Shown piece after piece: positions 14,163-26,397 of a stretch of 64,000 nt of DNA. The notes under the pieces were generated by a model. The model was not told the DNA's origin, did not search any database, and saw only the letters and a program-made list of their open reading frames with translations. Positions within the stretch are counted from its first letter, which is position 1. Each line of letters opens with the position of its first letter. The stretch covers positions 103,667,963 through 103,731,962 of the forward strand of contig NC_057718.1 of NCBI RefSeq assembly GCF_004010195.1. Reading direction: 5' to 3'. The position numbers and the translations under genes are program-made. The DNA is from Chiloscyllium plagiosum. Its lineage: Eukaryota.

Positions 14163-14515
14163 ATAGAATCCCTACAGTGTCGAGAGAAGCCTTTTGGCCC
14201 ATCAAGTCTGCACCAACCTACTGAAAAGCATCCCATCCAGATCCAGCACCACCCCCCCCCCCTCCCCCACCCTATCCCCTGCTTTTCCCCATGGCTAACC
14301 CACCCAGCCTATACATCCCTGGACGCTATGGGACAACCCAGCATGGCCAATCCTGACCTGCATATCTTTGAACTGTGGAGGGAAACCGGAGCGCCCGGAG
14401 GAAACCCACACAGACACGGGGAGAATGTGGCAACTCCACACAGTCATTTAAGGGTGGAATCAAAACTAGGTCCCTGGTGCAATGAGGCAGTAGTGCTAAC
14501 CACTGAGCCAACAGG
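14163..14515 (-). mobile_element. HE1-type tRNA-derived V-SINE
   Basis: Minus-strand tggctcagtggttagcactactgcctca head and ttctccccgtgtctgtgtgggtttcctccgg core. Confidence 0.88.
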
Positions 14516-15159
14516 TCACCTTTCACAAGAGCTAAAATTCAGCAACACCGTATTGACAGCTGACATGAAACTAGATATTTCCCTCAAGAATGTGAGAAAT
14601 CTCTGAACTGTTAGAAGATTGATTTCCTGACTAGAGTAGACGTAAGCATCAAAATCAGGAAAGTGCACAGGCTGTTGGTCACCCTCCATTCGCAGCTAGT
14701 CTCACAATACAATTGTTCCTCGCTTCTTGTAGTATCCTTGTGCTGCTGAGTCTCTCCTCTTCCCCGTATCCTTTGCCTTCTCTCTTTTGAATGGTTCATT
14801 TTTATTGTTTCTCTTTCTCCTCTTCAGCTTGTTTCTCACTCCTTTTGGGTGTAGACTGCAGCTCTCTAGATCATCAAGGAATCTCATGGTGACCTTGACA
14901 CCTTTGTCTTCAGTGGAATTGACAATGGCTGCTATCTTATCACCCTTTTGTTACACAGTCTCTTTGCTCCATCAACGTCTCTGACCCCTGACCCCTCCAC
15001 ACAGACCCATGCTGCCAGTTGTAACTTGCACTACTTTCCATGAATCAGAGGTTCAAGTCGCTCTCCAGGACTTCAGTGCAAGAATCTAGGCTGTCATTTC
15101 GTGTAATGCTAAGGGAATTCTGCCCCTTTGTAGATGCTATCCTACAGTTGAGAAGGTAT

Positions 15160-15580
15160 AAGGTTAGAACATCCTGTCATCCCTTCAAACTGGCTCCACC
15201 TCATGGATGATCTGCTTGTGGTCTCAAGCCCACTCTCCTGCTGGTAAACCTGTCAATCAAAAATCTGTCTAACCTCACATGTTCCCACACTATATCCATC
15301 TGCCAATTTATTCCTCATGAGTTAACCTATTTATATCTCTTTGCAAATATTTTCTACCCTTCTCACAAGCTACTCTCTTTCCTATCTCTGTGTCATCAGC
15401 AAATATGGCTACAGTGCAGTCAGTTCCTACAGCCGTGTCATCAGGATAGATAGTAAATTGTGACGGTCCCAGCCCTGGTCCCTTTGGCACCCCACCAGTT
15501 ACTACTGGTCAACCCGAAGCATGACCCATTTATCCCAACTCCCTGTTTCCTGTTAGCTAGCCAATGCTCTGTCCACGCTA
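15160..15580 (-). mobile_element. Old CR1 reverse transcriptase fragment
   Basis: Translates to LGPSQFTIY..FADDTEIG..LQRDINRL. Confidence 0.75.
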
Positions 15581-16021
15581 TGGGAATTGCCCCAAGGTCT
15601 GAGCTGAAATCTGTCAGTGTTTCAAGTGGTCATCAAAATGGTTTTTGGAACCATTTTAGAGAAGGGTGGTTGAGTTCTTGCCAGTGTCCTTAATCGTTGT
15701 TTATCCCTCAATTAATATCACAAAACCTGGTCATCCCTGTGGGAGATTGCTGTGTGCAAATGGACTGTAACATTTCCTATATTGTAGCAATGGGTACATG
15801 TAAAAATGTACCTCATTAGTTGTGAAGGTTTTGGGACATCCTGTGAATATAAAAGACACCGAATCAACATAAGTTCATTTAACTAATGTTAAAAATAAGC
15901 CTGCAATCCCACTTTCTCAATGTAAATTCTATTGCCACTTCCTCTAATATGACAATATTGATTCATCCACTAATTTCCACTAGAATCTCCAGCATCCAAC
16001 TTTAATGCCTTCATCCGATTA

Positions 16022-16192
16022 TGATTTGGAGATGCCAGTGTTGGACTGGGGTGGACAAAGTTAAAAATCACACAACACCAGGTTATAGTCCAACAGGTTT
16101 AATTGGAAGCAGTAGTTTTCACTAGCGCTCCGAAAGCTCGTGCTTCCAATTAAACCTGTTGGTCTATAACCTGGTGTTGTGTGATTTTTAAC
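16022..16192. mobile_element. Penelope-like terminal fold-back (52-bp inverted arms)
   Basis: 16060-16111 is the reverse complement of 16141-16192 with one mismatch; same family as 48912-49040 and 23177-23245. Confidence 0.8.
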
Positions 16193-16359
16193 CTCATCCT
16201 CTATTAGATTTCAAGTGATTTCTTGTCCTGTTGCTCCTCCTGTTGTCTCTGAAACCTTCAGAATATTTGGTTTACAGTCGTGAGTGTGACCAATACAGGA
16301 ATTTCCAATTGTAAAAAACACTGGGGCAATGTTAATCTTTCTTGTAGGGTTCCATTTGT

Positions 16360-16785
16360 CATAGCGCCATAGAGCTGTACATCACAGAAACAGACCCTTC
16401 AGTCCAACTCGTCCATACCGACCAGATATCCTAAATTGATCTTGTCCCATTCTCCAACACTTGGCCCATAGCCTTCTCAACCCTTCCTATTCGTATACCC
16501 ATCCAGATGCCTTTTAAATGTTGTAATTGTACCAGCCTTCACCACTTCCTCTGGCAGTTCATTTTCACACAGACCCCACCCTCTGCATTAAAAAGTTGCT
16601 CCTTAGTCCCTTTTATATCTTTCCCCTCTCATCCTAAACCTATGCCCTTTAGTTTTGGACTCCCCCACCCAGGGAAAAGACCATGTCTATTTATCCTATC
16701 CATGCCCTTCATGATTTGATAAACCTCTATAAGGCCACCCCTCAGTCTCTCCTTATAGCTCAAACCCTCCAACCCTGGCAATATC
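16360..16785 (-). mobile_element. CR1 (HER1-like) 3' fragment
   Basis: Reverse complement of the same 3' end as 1-765. Confidence 0.88.
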
Positions 16786-18764
16786 CCACATAGTCTCAAA
16801 CACTTACACAGAGCTACGATGCACTAAAACATAAGGACAATGATTAAGGCAGCTCCTGCAGTGCAGTGTTGCGGGAGAGCTGAACTGTTAGGGTTACTGT
16901 GCTACAGTGGTATGACTACTGTCTTTCAAATTAGACATTCAGTTTTAACCATGGACTGGATTTTCATATGTTTGGACCATTTCCTGAAAACTAGGAGAAA
17001 TATTTTATTTTCCCCAGTAGGACAGAGTTGGACTGGAGTCAGGACCTCCTGGGGCAACCAAAAGAGAACTAGAGGTGACAGATGGGTGCCAAGGCCATCA
17101 GGTGAGGATGCCTCAGAGTGTCCTTATATCTGTTCAACCATTTTACACAATCCTAAATTGGTTGAAAAACACCAGCCCATCTTAAGTGTTCATACATCTA
17201 TCAAGAAAAACAAAGATATTCAAAATCCACTTCAAAAGATTTTAATACTATTAACTGCTCATAAAACTGTCAATAAAAAACAGCACCAACCCCCATCCCA
17301 GCTAACTAAGCAACCAGTCTCAAGCTAAATCTATTATTGGGATTTGGAGCTCAGCCAAGCATTTACATTGGAAATTACATTGCAAAACTGTGTAAACTAG
17401 TCATTCAGTGCACAATGCATTAACTCAGTAGCCTAGATGGCTGGTTTGTGGGTTCAATTCCCACACCAGCGGAGGTTAGTGTAAAGTTTACTGTCCCTCC
17501 CAAACTCTCCCCTCTTCTAAGACGTGATCACCCTCAGGTTAAAATACCGCTGCTTATATGTCTTTAACGAGGGAGTGGGACTACAGTGACTTTACCTTAC
17601 ATTTGACCCTTTAAAGTTGACTATCTATCTGCTTCTTCTTTCCCAACAGCTCAACACATGGACTTCAGGTGTACCAAATACTGAAAACCACTGTTGTGAT
17701 GTAGAAATATGACTGCCAATGTGTCTGCAGGAAACTCCTGCAAATAGCAATCGATAAGTGATAACCTAATAATCTAACAGTGAATCCAATGATGTCAGTT
17801 GGGAGATAAATATTGTCACAGGACCCCAGGACAGAGTTCTCAGCTACAACAATTCACATTCATAGAGCACCTTTGATGTAATAAAATCTCTCAGCGACCC
17901 CCTTTGGGATTATGATCTTCAATTCACATGACACTGCGCTGCTGACAGCCAAGATGCTTTCGAAATCCAGCCCCAAGTTCCCATCCAACATAAAGGTGGA
18001 GAACTTGAAAAGTTCTTGAGATGGCGAGTTTGTAAACAGGGTAAGTTCTCATCATCCAGTCATGCACATTACAAGCAGTGGAGGAGAGGGAAGCAGAAAA
18101 GAACAGAAAATAATTGAAAGGAGTAAATAAAGAGCATTTTTAAGAAGTTCAGTCCACTCAATGTGGACTAACAGAGGAAAATAATTTCTCGACCTGCCTT
18201 ATTGAGTAAAGTAGTGGCTCACTTTTTTGGAATCACTTCAAGGCTTGAGAGGAACACTAAGAATATGTCTCATTTTACAAACCGTGCATAATTTGATGGT
18301 TCAATTCAATCGTTCTTTTTTGAATGAGGTTCACAGATTAAAAGTAAAGAAAAAGAACTATTCTGCGTAGATAGTTGCCAATCCTCCCGGAGTAGCTGGG
18401 AGACTGCTGCAATCTGGAATCTCCACCAACCTCCTGGAGACCAAAGAAAGCATTCTGGGAAATTAGAAGATGACTCCTTGCCTACACTCATTCTGCACAA
18501 TTCTCTGTGTACTGCAACATCACCAGCATAGGGAGAGGGGAAAGCGTGGGGCTGGTAGGATGGGGTTGTGTTGGGGGAAAATACAGTGAAAGGAAGGTGG
18601 GAGGGGGAGCGGAGTGGGGCACATAATGCTTGCCAACTGCAGCTGATAGGTGTCAGACAGACAGCAATAGAACTAGCCAAAGGTTTGGAAGACTCCATTT
18701 ACACTTTGCAGTTTCTGCACATCATGAAATGCAGAGCCAACGTTTTCATTGGGCTATCCCTCTC

Positions 18765-19690
18765 ATGATTGCCATTGAGCGAAATCTGATACGGACTCAC
18801 CCCATAAACACAATACCTGCAAGAGCAGGCCAAAGGCTGGGAATCCTGCAGTGAGTAACTCACCGCCTGATTCCCCAAAAATAAAGCACAGGTCAGGAGT
18901 GTGATGGAGTACTCCCCACTTCCCTGGATGGTGCAGCTCCAGTCACAAGAAGCTCAACACCAGCCAGGACAAAGCAGCCCGCTTAATAGTCACCACATCA
19001 ACAATGTGGGTGGCACAGTGGTTAGCACTGCTGCCTCACAGCGCCAGAGACCCGGGTTCTATTCCCGCCTCAGGCAACTGACCGTGTGGAGATTGCACAT
19101 TCTCCCCGTGTCCGCGTGGGTTTCTTCCGGGTGCTCCGGTTTCCTCCCACAGTCCAAAGATGTGCAGGTTAGGTGAATTGGCCATGCTAAATTGCCCATA
19201 GTGTTAGGTGAAGGGGTAAATGTAGGGGAATGGGTCTGGGTGGGTTGCGCTTCGGCGGGTCGGTGTGGACTTGTTGGGCCGAAGGGCCTGTTTCCATACT
19301 GTAAGTAATCTAAACAAAAACTGTCCATTTCCTTCACTCGTGACAGTTAGTAGCAGCAGTGTGTACTATCTACAAGATGCACTACAGAAATTCACCCAGG
19401 TTCCTGAGACAGCACCTTCCAAACCCACGACCAGTTCCATTTGGAAGGACACCATCCCCTGCATGTTCTCCTCCAAACCACTCACCATCCTGACTTGGAA
19501 ATATATCGCCATTCCTTCACTGTCACTGGGTCAAAGTCCTAGAATTCCCTCCCTCAGGGCATTGTGGGTCTACCCACAGCACATGGCCTTTGCAGTACAA
19601 GAAGGCAACTCACCCCCACCTTCTCAAGGGAGCAACTAGGGACGGGCAATAAATACTGGCCCAGCCAGCAACGCCCACGTCCCACAACTG
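18765..19690 (+). mobile_element. CR1-clade LINE 3' region split by an HE1 SINE
   Basis: VRSVMEYSPL-like segment and the family tail; SINE nested at 19005-19312. Confidence 0.75.
19005..19312 (+). mobile_element. HE1-type V-SINE, near full length
   Basis: A box tggcacagtggttagc, B box gggttctattccc, V-domain core and aatcta tail. Confidence 0.92.
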
Positions 19691-20534
19691 AAAAAACAAC
19701 AGGAAACTGTTTAGCTGCTGCTATCCTGGAAAAAAGAGGGCGAAGTACTCTTCACCTCTGCTGGCGGAGGAAAACTGAGTGGTTAGGTCTTTAGAACCAA
19801 ATCACAACTTTCCATGTTGTTACCTCCACCCACATCTCCTGAAATATGTTCAAGTTGTCAATGCTCTGTAAAATGAGTGGCTGGTGTACTGAATTAACAA
19901 ATCAATGATATAATGAAATAGAACTCGCCAAATTTCAAATGAATATTTGTTTAAGATGTCATTCCCTCCAGGTTCCGAACACTTCAAACAAGCACTCCAA
20001 CTATCAAAAAAAAAAGCACTTACATTCATTACTGTTCTCCAGCATTGAGTCAGACTGAGATATTACCATCATTTGCTCATGTTGATTACATCACCCTCGT
20101 TAAGTCACTTCAAGCATATTTTTCAAAGCTTAAATTACCAAAATTTCAAATAGAAATATATTTCTGGTGTCAGTGCTCTTTATCCAAAAATGAATCATTG
20201 CTTCTTATAAAACCTTCTTGTGATCTAAACTCCAGTGGGAGAGAAGTTGTAAAAGGAAAGGGATTTACACTGGATTTACACGTATACAGTTTCAGTTAAG
20301 TAACCAAGGTCAATTTAACAGCCCTGCTCCTTAAGGTCACAAATACATTTACCACCCAGCTTTAAAAGCCACATACAGTGAGCCTACTAGTGTGTACATG
20401 TACTTCAGTAAGAGGGGCTCATTTACATTCCTTCGCCCCGTCAGTGGGATTTGATTTAATGAGCTCTGTTGTGTTGTCAGAGAATCAACTCCTGTGGGTG
20501 TGGAAGGCAAAGGAATAAAGCAGCTGCCTCTTAC

Positions 20535-20668
20535 CTCCAGGAGTTCCACAGCTTTCATTCTTTCCTCGTGGTCAAATTGACCACAGCCAGCGTCAGCTGC
20601 TGTCCTTCGCTTTTCAGACTCTTTGGTGACAGATAGAAACGGTGGTGTCTGGGGGAGTGTGGCGGGGG
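20535..20668 (-). CDS. Candidate isolated exon (PATLPQTPPFLSVTKESEKRRTAADAGCGQFDHEERMKAVELLE)
   Basis: Acceptor ctattttctcttcccacggtag and donor GAG|gtaaga; open frame from phase 1 to phase 0. Confidence 0.35.
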
Positions 20669-21054
20669 CTACCGTGGGAAGAGAAAATAGTCAGATACCA
20701 AGGTAGCATTTTTATCTTGCTGTTCATCGGGCAAGCCATTGAGGAATTACCATGTAAAGCTACAAGGCAAAGGCAAAATTCCTTAAAAGAACAATGTTAG
20801 GAAGGACTGGATGCTGTTCCTGTGAGCAATTAGTCACTAAGTGGATGCCCAAAGATAGCTAGTTAGCAAGTGGAATATGTGGAAGTAATAACAGTCATCA
20901 CCAAATATTTATATAAGGCAGCAGTACCTAGGTTCAATGATTAATAATATACTATCTTGGAGAATGCTACAAGAGATGATTGTGTTAAAATTAATTTCAG
21001 CAATAAGAACATCATAACTACAAAGGTATAGAATGATTTCTGCATTTAAATAGG

Positions 21055-21338
21055 GTCCCGGGTTCGATTCCAGCCTCGGGCGACAGTCTGTGTGGAGTTT
21101 GCACATTCTCCCCGTGTCTACATGGGTTTCCTCTGGGTGCTCTGGTTTCCTCCCACAGAACAAACGATGTGTAGGCTGGGTGCATTGGCCATGATACATT
21201 GTCCATAGTGTTAGGTGCATTAGTCAGAGGGAAATGGGACTGGGAGGGTTACTCTTCGAAGGGTCGGTGTGGACTTGTTGGGCCAAAGGGCCTGTTTCCA
21301 CACTGTAGGGAATCTAATCTAATCTAATCTAATCTAAA
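21055..21338 (+). mobile_element. HE1-type V-SINE, 5' truncated, (AATCT)n tail
   Basis: Begins at the B box gggttcgattcc and ends in aatctaatctaatct. Confidence 0.9.
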
Positions 21339-21444
21339 TATGTCTAGGTCTAGGTCACAGAATTGTTATGGTGCAGAAAGAGGCCATTCAGTCCATCATG
21401 CCTGCACTGGCTCTTCAAACGAGCAGCATCCCTCCTCATGGCAG

Positions 21445-22090
21445 ATTGATACAAAAGGTGAAGTCACGTGGTATCGGGGTGAGCTGGCAAGATGGATGCA
21501 GAACTGGCTGAGTCATAGGAGACAGAGGGTAGCAGTGGAAGGATGCTGCTCGGAATGGAGGGCTGTGACTCGTGGTGTTCCACAGGGATCAGCGCTGGGA
21601 CCTCTGCTGTTCGTGATCTATGTAAATGATTTGGAGGAAAGCATGGCTAGTCTAATTAGCAAGTTTGCAGACAACACAAAGATTGGTGGAATTTGTTTTC
21701 ACTAGAATGCAGGAGGTTGAGGAATGACCTGATAGAAATTTATAAGATTATGAATGACATGGATAGAGTGGAAAGTATGAGGCTTTTTCTCAGGGTGGAG
21801 GGGTCAATTACTAGGGGATACATGTTCAAGGTGTGAGAGGGAACGGTTAAAAGAGATGTGCGAGGCAGGTGTTTCACACAAAGGGTGGGGAGTGCCTGGA
21901 ATACAGTGCCAGAGGAGGGGGTGGAAGCAGACACAATAGCAACATTCAAGAAGCACCTGGATGAATACATGAACAGGAAGGGAATAGAAGGTTATGGATC
22001 CTGTAAGTGAAGACAGTTTTAGTATGGAAGGGCAAAATGTGTCATCACAGCTTGGAGGGCCGAAGGGCCTGTTCCTGAACTGTTTTGTTC
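21445..22090 (+). mobile_element. CR1 RT and 3' fragment with an internal deletion
   Basis: GVPQGSALGPLLFVIYVNDL..KFADNTK joined directly to the RRLRxDLIE segment. Confidence 0.9.
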
Positions 22091-22095
22091 TTTGT

Positions 22096-22222
22096 CGAGA
22101 GAGTGGTGCTGGAGAAGCACAGCAGGTCAGGCAGCATCCGAGGAGGAGGAGAATCGATGTTTCGGGTATAAGTCCTTCATCAGAAATGCTGATCTCCAGC
22201 AACCGCAGTCCTCACTTTCTCC
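22096..22222. mobile_element. Penelope-like terminal fragment with partial inversion
   Basis: Minus strand ctgatgaaggacttatacccgaaacatcgattc (degenerate hammerhead) followed by an oppositely oriented tail. Confidence 0.7.
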
Positions 22223-23394
22223 TCCCTGTTTTGTTCTTTAGACTATACTGATCTCTGTTTTGTTCTGATATCCCTGTGCACCCTTCCTATTCAAAAGAAT
22301 CATCCAATGCTCTTTTCAATGCTTCAATTGAGCTTGCTTCCATCACACTACCAGCTGCTCATTCCAAACCCTAACTATTTGCTGTTGTGAAACAGGCCTT
22401 TCTCACATCATCCTTACTTGGATCATTAGTCTGGGGCTCGAGATTACTAGCCCACTAATATTCCCACAATGCTGCTTCCTTCCCTGTAATGGTTTCTAGA
22501 TAAAAAACATGCACATCTTGGAACTAACTCTGACAAATCGGTCATGTATGTTAATAATCCATCTCAGGATTTTTTTAAACTTTCAGACAGAGTCCCAATG
22601 TTCAGAAAGATGAGTATCAAGGAAAATTGGTTGGATTGAGACTCCCTATGCAACCTTGAGGAGGTATTCTGTGCAAAGCAGCAATATCTCAAAGCATCCT
22701 GCAGAGAGGCGGGTAAGTAATGCACTGGGTGACAGGAACAAACAGGAAAATGGAGGAAAGAAGACAGAGTGGAGTTTGTAGAATAAGGTTGAGAATTGGG
22801 TCTCAAATGGAAGGAAGAGGATGATCAGGTAGAGAGGGCCACACAATGACAGTTGGAAGTGGAGGCCCGAACAGTATAGTGGAGAGAATTGGGTTGGAGG
22901 TCGAACACAGAAATACAAACAGAGAAGGCTGAAGAAAGGCAGTAAGTTAGGACAATTAATAACTACTAAAGTTATCATGAAGAGCGAGGGGTGAGGTGGC
23001 CGTCTCAATTACACTGTAAACAATAGGAGGCTGGAATGATTTGTTTGGTGATGATGAGTTCTGGGAAATCCCAGGCTGATCGAAACATTGATGTTGCTCT
23101 CAGTTCTTCAATCCTGTCCCCACTAGGATTACATTCCATGCTAAATGAGAGAAATGCTTCTGTTACTATTCACGCAACCTGTTGGACTGTAACTGGTGTT
23201 GTGTGATTTTTAACTTTGTCCACCCCAGTCCAACACTGGCACCTCAACTTTACCTGTTACTATTGGCCAGTTACTGGTTAAGGGTAGATGGGAATTTTTG
23301 TTCAGTAAAAAGTGCCCAGGAGAGAACTGTACGAAGCAGCTGACACACCTGATAACATTTTACAAAACCTCAAGGTTGGTTGCCTCAGGAAGTA

Positions 23395-23555
23395 GCATCC
23401 AGGGAACAGGAGAATCGACGTTTCGGGCATAAGCCCTTCTTCAGCTTATGCCCGAAACGTCGATTCTCCTGTTCCCTGGATGCTGCCTGACCTGCTGCGC
23501 TTTTCCAGCAACACATTTTCAGCTCTGATCTCCAGCATCTGCAGACCTCACTTTC
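23395..23555. mobile_element. Penelope-like fold-back insertion with 14-bp target-site duplication
   Basis: TSD tgcctcaggaagta at 23381-23394 and 23556-23569; perfect 41-bp inverted arms at 23394-23434 and 23444-23484. Confidence 0.9.
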
Positions 23556-23916
23556 TGCCTCAGGAAGTAAACAGACAATTTCAGTCTCTCTCTTAAGGAA
23601 TGCTACTCACATATTCAAAGAATCCTTTCATGTCTGTGATAAGTTTGAGAGGACGCGAGACTTAGAAACCTGTTACTACCTTGATTGCTTTGTGACACAT
23701 TCAGTTCTTTGTAACGATCTTAAAAGACTGAATTAATTTCCATCTGTTTTCTTGTAATGACCTCAGATGAATATCATATATCCACTTAACCTGTCTCCTT
23801 AGTCAGCTGATTGACACACTGCTAATGAGTGCATCCATCATTTAACCTGAAATTAATTTGTTTTTGACTGTGATATTGAAATGATACCTTTGCGTGTTCT
23901 ACTCTGATGTGACTCT

Positions 23917-24108
23917 TTGTGTGTGCACTTATGTGTGCCTGCATGTGTGTCTGCATGTGTTTTTGTCTGTGTGCATGTGTGTGTGTTGTTTGTGTGTATG
24001 TGTGATTGTGTGTGGGTGTGGATGTGTGTGTGTTTGTGGGTGTGGATGTGTCTGTGTGTGGGTGTGTGTGTTTGCAGGTGCATGTGTGTGTGTGTGTGTG
24101 TGTTTGTG
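23917..24108 (+). repeat. Degenerate (TG)n microsatellite
   Basis: Visible directly in the sequence. Confidence 0.95.
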
Positions 24109-26204
24109 TAAAGGCAAAGTTGCCATAATTCCAGTGGACCAGAGGGCTGCTGTCTCATTACAGAGAGATGATGGTTGGTGGTTTAGTGTGAGGGTCACCA
24201 TGCCTCAGGTGAGGGGAGAAGTTCAGCAGATACAACCTTCATGGTTTACTTGTGTGTATGCCCATGTGTTTATTAAAGGAGATGGTTTCATTGTGAAGGT
24301 AGTTCCAATAAATTGCAATTCTTTTCGTGACTATCTTTTTGATCATTGCCAAGGCCAATTGAGTTTCCTTGATATAACCTGGAAGGTAATATAGTAAGTG
24401 CCCTTTCCCATATGTCCATGTCCTACTGTCAGGTTCTAGGAGATCAAAACCTCTAACAAAACATCGTTAATCAGCCTCCAATCACTTTTCAATCCCAATA
24501 TTGATCTTGGAGGATGTAAGCCTGCGCAGAGGTTATTGTCCAAATTCAGCTGAATTAGGCCAATAACTATAACCACAGAAGTTTTACAATTCTCTAAATT
24601 TATTTTCCTCTATCCAGTCCGAGACAACATTCCGATCCCATCGCTCTCTTCATAAAATGGACAAGTTGATGCAGTGGAATAGTTCAAAGGCCACCCCGTG
24701 AACAACATGTGTTGGGAGACATTTATACCTCTCAACTTCTTACTAAATATTCTTTTCACCCCAGCCATCTTTAGTTTGTGTAACACGAACAAAGCAAGTG
24801 ATTTTTACCATCCGATGAGAATTCTGCACCTTCCAAAACAGTGGTCTCCACCCGTGTGAGCAACAAGAGCAACAGATACATGAGAACACTATCCCTTGCA
24901 AATTCCCCTCCAAGACACTCACCACCTTGACCCGGAAATATAATGCTGTTCCTTCACTGTCGCTGGGTCAAACTCCCTCCTTCCCTACCTGCACCAAATG
25001 GACCACAGCAGTTTAAGAAGGCAGCTCACTACCACCTTCTCAAGAGGCAATTAAAGATGCATGCTGACTCAGCCAATGCCGTCCACATCTGATGAACAAA
25101 TAAAAACCCCATGTACGGTGTAGATGGGGAGCATTCAGTTGGTTAAATCCAAACCAAAACCCTCCCTGTTCAAATGAGTGGGCCATTGAAATTATGACAT
25201 TGTACTGAATTTGACAAATATCCTGAGTAGTATGGACTATCATTTTAATACCATATAAGATGAGGTGATAGTCTAAGGAATGTTTAATCAAACTTCAGTG
25301 GACTGGAAAGTTTGAAGATGTTCACTAATATCTTCAACTTAGACAGTCATTTACTGCATTGAAGGAGCTATATAGTCTATGATGTCCATGCCAACTCATC
25401 CAGCCTGTCTTTCAGTCCCACTCTATCCCCACAGCCTCATAGTCACACTCTTATTGTCTTGCTGTATCCCCACAGCCAGTCTTATAGACCTGCTGCATCC
25501 TTATAACCTTGCGAGTTTACACATAAATGCCCAATCATTTTCCTTTTGAAACCATTGATTGTCTCCACTTCCATTGTTTGTGTGGCATTGCTGTTGGTGG
25601 TTATGCCTTCAACTGCTTTGACTCCAAGCTCTAGAGCTGCCCCCTAAACCTCCCTGACTCACTCTCTCCTGCTGTTTTCACTGAGCTACTGGTTACCACC
25701 TCATGGGCAGCACGTTCCCAATCATTATCAACCAATGTGTAAAAAAAAGGTCTTCCTCACCTTCATTCTGATTCTCTTTTCAAAAATGTTACATCTTGTC
25801 CCATCGGCTAATGAGAACCTTATCCTTGCTTGTTTTATCCTAAACTGTCATCTTTTGTATGCCTCAACCCAATCTCCCCTCAATCTCTTTTATTCCATCC
25901 TCAGTTTCTTCAGCCTAAAGTCGATGCTAAAGCACTCCATCCTTGGGACCATTCGGTTAAATCTCCTCTGCACTCTCGTAAGGACCCTCTCACATCCTCC
26001 CAAAGTGTGGTGTTCAGAACTAGGTGTAATCCTTTAGCTGGGTCTGAGCCAGAGTGTTAGAAAGTTTCAGCGTGTGCTCACAAAAGTGGTTCTCAGACAT
26101 CCTTTATTTACAAAGCTTTGCTAACTGTGCTCTCCTACCATCACAAGAGATCAATGTACATGCATCCCCAGGTTTCTCTGTCCCTGCACACTACCCTCTG
26201 AATG

Positions 26205-26397
26205 GTATAGAGTAATAGAGATGTACAGCTCAGAAAAGACCCTTCGGTCCAACTCGTCCATGCTGACCAGATTATTCCAACCCAATCTAGTCCCACCTGC
26301 CATCACCTGGCCCATAGCCCTCCAAACCCTTCCTGTACATATACCCATCCAGATGCCTTTTAAATGTTGCAATTGTACTAGCCTCTACCACTTCCTG
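26205..26397 (-). mobile_element. CR1 (HER1-like) 3' end
   Basis: Same tail as 1-765, in reverse orientation. Confidence 0.88.

Noticed and set aside
14702..14887. Basic minus-strand ORF MRFLDDLESC..GTIVL as a terminal exon
   Set aside because: No polypyrimidine acceptor and an in-frame TAA just upstream; it is the reverse of a pyrimidine-rich plus-strand tract.
19005..19080. tRNA gene
   Set aside because: It is the tRNA-derived head of an HE1-type SINE and continues into the SINE core.
22588..22712. Plus-strand coding exon with a strong gtaagt donor
   Set aside because: Stops in all three frames; non-coding at best.
23853..24394. His/Thr- and Cys/Val-rich ORFs
   Set aside because: Translations of a (TG)n microsatellite.
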